A stretch of DNA of 64,000 bases from Candidatus Bathyarchaeota archaeon. Its GTDB lineage: Archaea > Thermoproteota > Bathyarchaeia > Bathyarchaeales > Bathycorpusculaceae. Of this stretch, positions 57,185 to 64,000 are shown piece after piece (the stretch's first letter is position 1; the number at the start of each line of letters is the position of its first letter). The notes beneath the pieces were generated by a model. That model did not search any database and was not told the origin of the DNA. It saw only the letters and a program-made list of their open reading frames with translations. Location of the stretch: NCBI GenBank assembly GCA_963717465.1, contig OY970340.1:2688001-2752000 (forward strand). The letters run 5' to 3'. The position numbers were made by a program, and so were the translations under genes.

Positions 57185-60100
57185 ATGAAAAACATAAGAA
57201 ACTGGAAATTGTTAACGAACAAGAAAGGTCAATTTACAATTATGGCTGCAGTACTAGTTGCCATTGTTCTTGTAGCCGCAGTTATGAGTGCATATTCTGC
57301 TATTCAATATAACCAACTTACAAGTAATCCAAAAACTCAAAGCGCAATTGATGAAATTAACTTATCCTTAAAGAATATTTTAGGATTCACGGTTGGTTAC
57401 TATGGTTCAATCTTACAAGTAACTGGAAACACGTCATACGCAAACACATTAGCCTACAATTACGTTAATAGCGGTTTGGAAAACACCGCTGATCTAAACC
57501 CTAATTGGGGTCCGTCATTTAATGTCACCAGTTTGGATTTAACAACTAACTGGTTTACAAACTCAAGTTACAGTTCTGGAAATTTCACAATTGAGTATGA
57601 CTTAACAGGATTAGGCGTTTACGGATTGACTTATTCAACTTCAAGCCAATTAGCTGTTAATGTTCTGCAGTCACCAAATGTTAACCAGGCCTGTGTAAGC
57701 GTAACTCAAGATGGAACTGAACCGCTAACAGATTTAGGTTTGACTAGCTTCAAATTTTACGAATACTTATACTCGAATTCAACTTGGGAATTTGAGTATC
57801 CAAGTGAAGAACCAATAGCTTATGCCAACGGAACATACCTGCTTGATATTCCTTCAAATCTAAAGCCTACAGCCTACATATTAAGTGTTGAAGACAATCG
57901 AGGCATCATGGTTGTTGCCTCATCATTTAGTAAATACGTATCAACTTTAACATGGAACAGCACTTCCGCTAATAACGGCTTTTATTACGTAGATAGCAAT
58001 AATCCGATAACAGGCACTGACTCAAATTTTACAGCGCAACAAAGCATAAGTTCCAATTATGACACGTTAACTGAAGCGTTAAATGGAACATCAACAATTC
58101 AATATTTCCCAACCAATTGGAATACGCTCGGCTCAACAAATTATATTTCTGGTAGCTTGCAGAATCTTCAGAGTGTTGATGGTAACTGCCTAGTACTGCA
58201 GAGTTACCCATCATCTTTCAGTTCATCATACAACACTATAAGTTTTGACAGCCAAAACAGCACCTCTGCCACGTCTGGAAGCGCCTTATCGTGGTTGCAT
58301 ACAACTGGCACCGGCAACAATAGGATTTTACTTGTGTCGGTTGATATCTACAGATCATCAGGAACCCCAGCAACAGTTTCAAATGTAACTTATGGTGGAG
58401 TAACGCTAACCCTAGTAAAAACTGCAACTTACTCAAGTAACCCACAAATCAATAGTTATGTTTACATGCTTGTTGGTCCAGCTTCTGGTACGAAAACAAT
58501 TACCGTTACTCTCTCATCCACATCTTTCACAGGAATAATCGGCGGCTCTGTAACATACAGTAATGTTAATCAAACAAGCCCTGTTATTGTAAGCAATACA
58601 AATACGGGTTCAAGCTTGAGCCAATCAGTAGGTGTTACTTCACCTGGTTCCTATGGATTGCTTTATGGTCATGTAGCAACTTATACTACAAGCTCGTATA
58701 CGCTTAGTGACACGTCTGGGCAGACGAATCGTTGGTCTCAAACTTCACAACAATATAAGAGTAAAGCAAGTGACAAGTCAGCAACTACTGGTTCAGTTTC
58801 CACTTCATGGACCACTACACTATCAACTCACTGGACAGCGATAGCTGTACTTCTTCAACCAACGAAAGTTGCAACCGCTTACACGTGTTCAGCAGTGTTT
58901 ACCGGCACAGCAGACACCTACAATTGGAACAATTTAGTCTGGAGCTTGAACAGCGCAAGCTCAACCAGCGGCACAAGCATAACCTACCAACTATATAATT
59001 ACCAGACATCGCAATATGCAACTTCAGGAAATGGCTATTTATCAGGAACTATCGGAACAGCGGGAACAACACTAAGCCAAACGATAACCTCGAACCCAAC
59101 TAATTTTAGAAGTAGTTCAGGAAACTGGCAAATTATGGTGACAGCAACCTTGGCTTCTTCGACACAATTTAATCTGCTAATTGATATGATAAATTATTGT
59201 TCAAACATTAATAATTATGATTTGGGTATACAAGAGCAGTGGAATAATGTTAATGCCACTAACCTACGGCAAGACCTGTGTATAGACACGGGCAATCTAG
59301 CTTCAGAAAGCTTGATGGTTGATGTATTCTATGGCAATTCCTGGGTTAATTTGCTAACATTATCACCGAATAGCTGGAATAACGTATCACTTTCATCTTA
59401 CATTACTTCTTCAACTTTGCTTATTCGGTTTAGAAACGGCAACAGCAGCGTGGTAAATCCAGTACAGAGTAGCTGGAATATTGGTGCGGTTTTACTTAAG
59501 AATGAGCCGGATATCAGCTTTTTAGCTGGTTTGCAAGATTCTACTTTTACGTTGGAGGTTTTGCAAAACGGTACTATGGTTTGGCTTGGACAACAACTTC
59601 AAGCATCAACTACGGGTATGCCGATTCCACCTATAGCAGTGAAGGCGTTACATGTTAATATGACTATAAACGGTGTGAACGAGGAAGTGCCTTTCCAAGT
59701 TGAAGATTGGGCATCGAATTACCAAGTTCCGTTAGGATTAACAAACAACGCTACAGTGTTTAGTAATAGCCAAATGATCGTTTTCCTCTTAAACAAAAAT
59801 GTCACCGACTTTACCATATGGTGGAATGGAAGCGACCAAGCAGTCCAAACACCCTACGCTTATACCTCCACCTATTTTGCAAATGATAATCCATCCGGGT
59901 CAACTATTTCTAATGGAGAAATAACTTTGACGCTCCCATCCTTGGGTGTAACAGCTACGGTTGTTGGCACAAGCACTTCAAGTACAGCAACTTTTATGAA
60001 CATAAATCAAAATGCAAGCGAAAACGGTGCAGGTACACCTTCCTACACAATTACTAATGGCGTAGTAAGGGATATTATTCAAGAGGAAGCAGAATGGAGT

Positions 60101-60706
60101 GAAGGCCCAGGTGTAGTCGGCTGTCCAAACGTTTACTCAGATATAATAATAACGTTGCCAGCAAACGTTACGTATTATACGTATCAGTTGAGGTTAATGT
60201 TTGTTAATTCGGCTGAAGCAAGAACAATCACGAATCTTTGCCCAATTAGTCTAACAACGTCAGTTTCAACTCAAGTGCAAACTGAAAACGGAACATTAGA
60301 CGGTTTTCCAATAATTCAAAATGGGACAGGATCATTCGGGAATATTACAGCCGGCAGTTGGACAGCACACCATTGGAGCCAACTAATCTCAAGTAATGGC
60401 ACACAAGGAGCTGGCATAATGTTCACGGATAGCGCTAACCAGAATCTTTATGCCTTCAACTCCATAGCAAACGGCAATACTGGAGCATTAGATGCTGCAA
60501 GTACCAGCGTTATCGAACTGTTACCTGTTAGCTCAACCAGCGCATCAGCAAGCTTCCAGTATCCTTTAGATATAACGTGGAATGGCGCTGTTGCAACATT
60601 TAACGATTCAACGCCTATCTGCAATTTGGAAGGTGGAACAACACCATCTGGGCTGTGGATACTGGTTGAATATCCGCCTACAATAACGCAAACCGCAGTG
60701 AGCTAG
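57185..60706 (+). CDS. Large (1173 aa) Ser/Thr/Asn-rich adhesin-like protein with class III signal peptide
   Basis: NKKG/QFTIMAAVLVAIVLV; beta-rich, many sequons. Confidence 0.78.
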   Translation: MKNIRNWKLLTNKKGQFTIMAAVLVAIVLVAAVMSAYSAIQYNQLTSNPKTQSAIDEINLSLKNILGFTVGYYGSILQVTGNTSYANTLAYNYVNSGLENTADLNPNWGPSFNVTSLDLTTNWFTNSSYSSGNFTIEYDLTGLGVYGLTYSTSSQLAVNVLQSPNVNQACVSVTQDGTEPLTDLGLTSFKFYEYLYSNSTWEFEYPSEEPIAYANGTYLLDIPSNLKPTAYILSVEDNRGIMVVASSFSKYVSTLTWNSTSANNGFYYVDSNNPITGTDSNFTAQQSISSNYDTLTEALNGTSTIQYFPTNWNTLGSTNYISGSLQNLQSVDGNCLVLQSYPSSFSSSYNTISFDSQNSTSATSGSALSWLHTTGTGNNRILLVSVDIYRSSGTPATVSNVTYGGVTLTLVKTATYSSNPQINSYVYMLVGPASGTKTITVTLSSTSFTGIIGGSVTYSNVNQTSPVIVSNTNTGSSLSQSVGVTSPGSYGLLYGHVATYTTSSYTLSDTSGQTNRWSQTSQQYKSKASDKSATTGSVSTSWTTTLSTHWTAIAVLLQPTKVATAYTCSAVFTGTADTYNWNNLVWSLNSASSTSGTSITYQLYNYQTSQYATSGNGYLSGTIGTAGTTLSQTITSNPTNFRSSSGNWQIMVTATLASSTQFNLLIDMINYCSNINNYDLGIQEQWNNVNATNLRQDLCIDTGNLASESLMVDVFYGNSWVNLLTLSPNSWNNVSLSSYITSSTLLIRFRNGNSSVVNPVQSSWNIGAVLLKNEPDISFLAGLQDSTFTLEVLQNGTMVWLGQQLQASTTGMPIPPIAVKALHVNMTINGVNEEVPFQVEDWASNYQVPLGLTNNATVFSNSQMIVFLLNKNVTDFTIWWNGSDQAVQTPYAYTSTYFANDNPSGSTISNGEITLTLPSLGVTATVVGTSTSSTATFMNINQNASENGAGTPSYTITNGVVRDIIQEEAEWSEGPGVVGCPNVYSDIIITLPANVTYYTYQLRLMFVNSAEARTITNLCPISLTTSVSTQVQTENGTLDGFPIIQNGTGSFGNITAGSWTAHHWSQLISSNGTQGAGIMFTDSANQNLYAFNSIANGNTGALDAASTSVIELLPVSSTSASASFQYPLDITWNGAVATFNDSTPICNLEGGTTPSGLWILVEYPPTITQTAVS

Positions 60707-60762
60707 CCTGCATCAATTATGTGATAGATTTGAAATAAATATTCAGTATTCATACGAGTTAT

Positions 60763-61236
60763 ATGAAGACAAACAATCTAAATAAGATTGAAGGAAGAAT
60801 GAACTATAACTTCGAAAGAGTCAAAAGCTTAGGCTCTAAAAAGGCAATTTCATCGATCTTCATGGTACTGCTATTAATAATTGTTGCAGTCGGAACGGTA
60901 GTTTTGACTTACGCTTTAACAATCAAGATCGCACCTAGCACTGACGAAGTTATCCTTTACAAAGTAAAAGTCACCTTTAATGATGGTGACGCGATAACAG
61001 TTTATATTGGAAACAATGGAATAACCGATACTGAGATAATCCAAGTGTGCTTAGGAGAATCCGCCTCAACTATGCAAAACCAAACAAGTAATCCAGTAAC
61101 GCCTTTCCCAGTTAATACTGGAGCTACCACAAGCTTTGATATTCCGTATAGTTGGTCTTCCGGACAAGTTTACTACTTTGAGATAGTGCCAGCTTCAGGA
61201 ACGCCGTTAGACTTTTCTGAGCAAGCACCACAATAA
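60763..61236 (+). CDS. Archaeal type IV pilin-like protein
   Basis: SKKA/ISSIFMVLLLIIVAV; Ig-like body (VYIGNNG...YYFEIV..SG). Confidence 0.8.
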   Translation: MKTNNLNKIEGRMNYNFERVKSLGSKKAISSIFMVLLLIIVAVGTVVLTYALTIKIAPSTDEVILYKVKVTFNDGDAITVYIGNNGITDTEIIQVCLGESASTMQNQTSNPVTPFPVNTGATTSFDIPYSWSSGQVYYFEIVPASGTPLDFSEQAPQ

Positions 61237-61304
61237 AGGAAGTCAATTAAAAAAATCGCATACCTGTGTAAATACAATCTTCAAAATAGAGGAAGGGAAC
61301 AAAT

Positions 61305-62129
61305 ATGTCAGTTGAACAATCAATCATCATCGATATAGCAAAAGTGGCTATTTCAATTATTTTTCTGCTTTATGCTTCTTGGAGCGACTACAAGACAAGA
61401 GAAGTAAGCAACAAAGTCTGGGCTGTTTATGCGCCTATCGCGCTGGGACTTACACTTATCCAATTATTGTTCTATGAACAATCTGCTTGGCCCTTTTTTG
61501 GCTTAAGCGTCGGTTTAACAGTTACTTTCTCGCTACTCTTGTTTTATACAGGTGCTTTCGGCGGCGCAGACGCAAAAGCCTTCATGTGCATTGCCCTCGC
61601 ATTACCATTTTCACCGCAAATACTCTTTACGCCTCTAATCCCAAGCGGATTATCGCCGATAGCTAATCTAATATTCCCCTTCACTATCTTAACAAACGCT
61701 GTCGTATTCGCAGCTGCAAGCGCAATCTACATCATCGTACGAAACATCGTTTGGCACAAAAAAAGTGGTAGAATAATGTTTGAAGGCGACCTTAAAAAAG
61801 AATCGTTTGGGAAAAAAATCTTAATCTTAGTAACTGGCTACAAAATTCGAATTTCTAAATTGAAGGAAAAATGGCACATTTTCCCACTGGAAGACGTGGA
61901 AGAAAACGGTGATAACAGTTTCAAACGCAAACTCGTGATTGTCCCAAAAGACGAAGGGCGAGAAGAAACTGTTCAGCGCTTATCTAACGCCATTGACACT
62001 GGAAAAATCAAAGACTACGTTTGGGCTACACCTGGCTTACCCATGCTTATCTTCGTTACGTTAGGCTTAATTTTTGCGCTGTTTTTTGGAGACATAGTCT
62101 GGATAATTCTAAAGCTAATATTAGGTTAA
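61305..62129 (+). CDS. Prepilin peptidase (A24, PibD/FlaK-like)
   Basis: ASWSDYKTREV, FGGADAK, VWATPGLPM. Confidence 0.92.
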   Translation: MSVEQSIIIDIAKVAISIIFLLYASWSDYKTREVSNKVWAVYAPIALGLTLIQLLFYEQSAWPFFGLSVGLTVTFSLLLFYTGAFGGADAKAFMCIALALPFSPQILFTPLIPSGLSPIANLIFPFTILTNAVVFAAASAIYIIVRNIVWHKKSGRIMFEGDLKKESFGKKILILVTGYKIRISKLKEKWHIFPLEDVEENGDNSFKRKLVIVPKDEGREETVQRLSNAIDTGKIKDYVWATPGLPMLIFVTLGLIFALFFGDIVWIILKLILG

Positions 62130-62277
62130 AGACGCATCCAACCAGTTTTTGAATGCTCTCTCTACTTCTGCGAGCCCATGAAACTGATGTAACAACCGTT
62201 CGAGCTGAGCCTTTTCTTGTTTTGTGAATCAAAACATTATTTTAGTTTTTTTGCAGTTAATCTAAAGGAGTCTTCTA

Positions 62278-63365
62278 ATGTCTTTGGCGAGATGTAGAAA
62301 AGAACTAAAAGAGTGTTTAGCAGAAAAATCCTTAAAAGATTTTAGTGCCGTCGTTATGCCTGATTTCTTTTTGGATCGACTAATAAACTTGCAGTGGAAC
62401 GTGAAGGATTTTTCAAGTTTAGTTGCCGACGTAGCTAAACGCAAAGGCGGAAGCATTGATGGCATACATCAAGACGACATCAAAGGAGGAAACGCTATTA
62501 ACGTTGCATCCGCGTTGATCCTCATTAGGTTTCAGGGTTACGCCTATAATTTGCACAAGTGAGCATGGATTACAACTGATAAAGTTTCATTTTAGAAACT
62601 GGTCACTAGACATGTCGCACATTAAAATCCGTGAAAAAGCATCAATAACTACAGCTTTGGAACTTCAAGAAAAAGATGGAAAAGCAAATGTTATGCTAAG
62701 GGATGTTGGTTCTCTTGCAGATTTTGGCCCCGAAGATTTGGATGATCAAGACTTTAGCGTTATAGAGAATTCGGATTATGTTTGCCTTTTTAATTGGGCG
62801 GGAACAGTTAATTTTGGAACCAAGCTGGCCGAAACCGTTTTTAGCAGGGCAAAGAGCGAAAGGAAGAGGAAAAACTTATTTTGACACTGCTGATCCCACG
62901 CCGAATCGGAAGCAAATCCCAGAATTAATAGAAAACGTGTTGAAAACAGATCAAGTGGACATTTTAAGTTTAAATGAGAATGAGGCTGTTACATACGCTT
63001 CGATCCTTGACAAGTCAATAATCAGTGCACAAAAGAGATTGCCATTTGCTGATTTAGCGATGAATGCTGCCAGAGTTTTAGCTAAACGGTTACCTGCAAG
63101 AATTGACTTGCATACGACTGCCTTTTCAGCGACTCTAATGGGCAAAAAAGAAACTGTGGTGCCCACATTTAAAATTACAACGTTAAGAGCTACTGGAGCA
63201 GGTGACGCCTGGAACGCAGGCAACATTTTAGGTGATGCAAACAAGTTTTCAGACGAGAGCAGGTTGACTTTGGCAAATGCGGTTTCTGCCTGCTACCTTT
63301 CAGACCAAACTGGATCGCATCCGACGAGAACTAAACTCTTAGAATTTATAAATAACCAGACATAA
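62278..63365 (+). CDS. PfkB-family carbohydrate kinase (frameshifts near 62520 and 62855)
   Basis: GGNAINVA, NENEA, TGAGDAWNAG. Confidence 0.85.
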
Positions 63366-63432
63366 ACACTTTAAGCGCACTATCAGATTAACAAGCAGTT
63401 AAAAGGTAACACCTTACTGCACGTGATGTTTG

Positions 63433-64000
63433 ATGGCTAAACTATTTGGAAGTTCAGGAGTTAGAGGCTTAGCAAACGTTGATTTAACACCTACGTTGGC
63501 TCTCAAAGTCAGTTTAGCCGTAGCGGCACACACAAAAGCCAAACGGGCCATTATTGCGCGAGATACGCGTGTTTCAGGCAACATGATTGAAGATTCGCTG
63601 ATTACAGGACTAGTTTCAAGTGGAGTAAACGTGTTTTTGGCGGGAATTGTTCCAACGCCAGTTCTAGCTTATGCCACAAAAGCATTCCGCGTTAAAGTAG
63701 GCTTCATGATAACTGCATCCCACAATCCGCCCCAGTACAACGGAATAAAACTCTTCAATGGCAAGAGTCTCGCTTACAACGATAAGGATCAAGAATCAAT
63801 TGAAAAAAACATCACTCAAGCAAACTTTTCCTTGGCGGATTGGCGATGTTTAGGTAAAACTCTAAACATAAACGTAGATAAGGCTTACACGGAAATGGCT
63901 CTAAAAGCAGCGGCTCTGCGAAAGCAATGGAAAGTCGTAGTGGATCCAGGATGCGGAGCCACATTTAGAATCGCCCCAAACCTGCTAAAATCTGCCGGCT
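63433..64000 (+). CDS. glmM: Phosphoglucosamine mutase / phosphohexomutase, partial
   Basis: MAKLFGSSGVRG, ARDTRVSG, PTP, ITASHNPPQYNGIK; runs off window. Confidence 0.88.
   Translation, partial: MAKLFGSSGVRGLANVDLTPTLALKVSLAVAAHTKAKRAIIARDTRVSGNMIEDSLITGLVSSGVNVFLAGIVPTPVLAYATKAFRVKVGFMITASHNPPQYNGIKLFNGKSLAYNDKDQESIEKNITQANFSLADWRCLGKTLNINVDKAYTEMALKAAALRKQWKVVVDPGCGATFRIAPNLLKSAG

Noticed and set aside
49921..62129. Archaellum operon
   Set aside because: No archaellin, FlaH, FlaF/G or chemotaxis genes recognisable.
62150..62215. Possible C/D sRNA after the prepilin peptidase
   Set aside because: CTGA motifs present but no canonical box C and no identifiable target.

Overview
Archaeal chromosomal window. 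Gene content (TiaS, archaeal-type AlaRS and TrpRS, geranylgeranyl reductase, single-OB SSB, DUF1512, intron-containing tRNA-Trp, orphan 5S rRNA, DnaK/DnaJ/GrpE) and gene style suggest Bathyarchaeia, which is an inference. About 17 genes, including essential alaS, carry single-base frameshifts, most likely unpolished long-read errors; I reconstructed them by reading across frames. Layout: 1-5.1 kb is an accessory-looking block (secreted protein, second dnaJ, two SDRs, TrmB regulator with a duplicated promoter) ending in a decayed cas1-like fragment. Then glnA, grpE-dnaK-dnaJ, two Lrp-domain proteins, tiaS, alaS, an ECF S-component with a DHPS-like gene, a histidine kinase, a tandem ferritin, a 2-oxoacid:ferredoxin oxidoreductase, ssb and Yip1. 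An unusual mevalonate-entry operon follows (thiolase lacking catalytic residues plus a DUF35-HMG-CoA synthase fusion), then pncB, trpS, map, 5S rRNA, tRNA-Trp, an ABC exporter, GGR, AsnC/asparagine synthetase, PEPCK, a 12-kb type IV pilus-like locus, a PfkB kinase and partial glmM. Several microproteins absent from the ORF track were found by hand. All family assignments come from motif recognition; no database searches were run.
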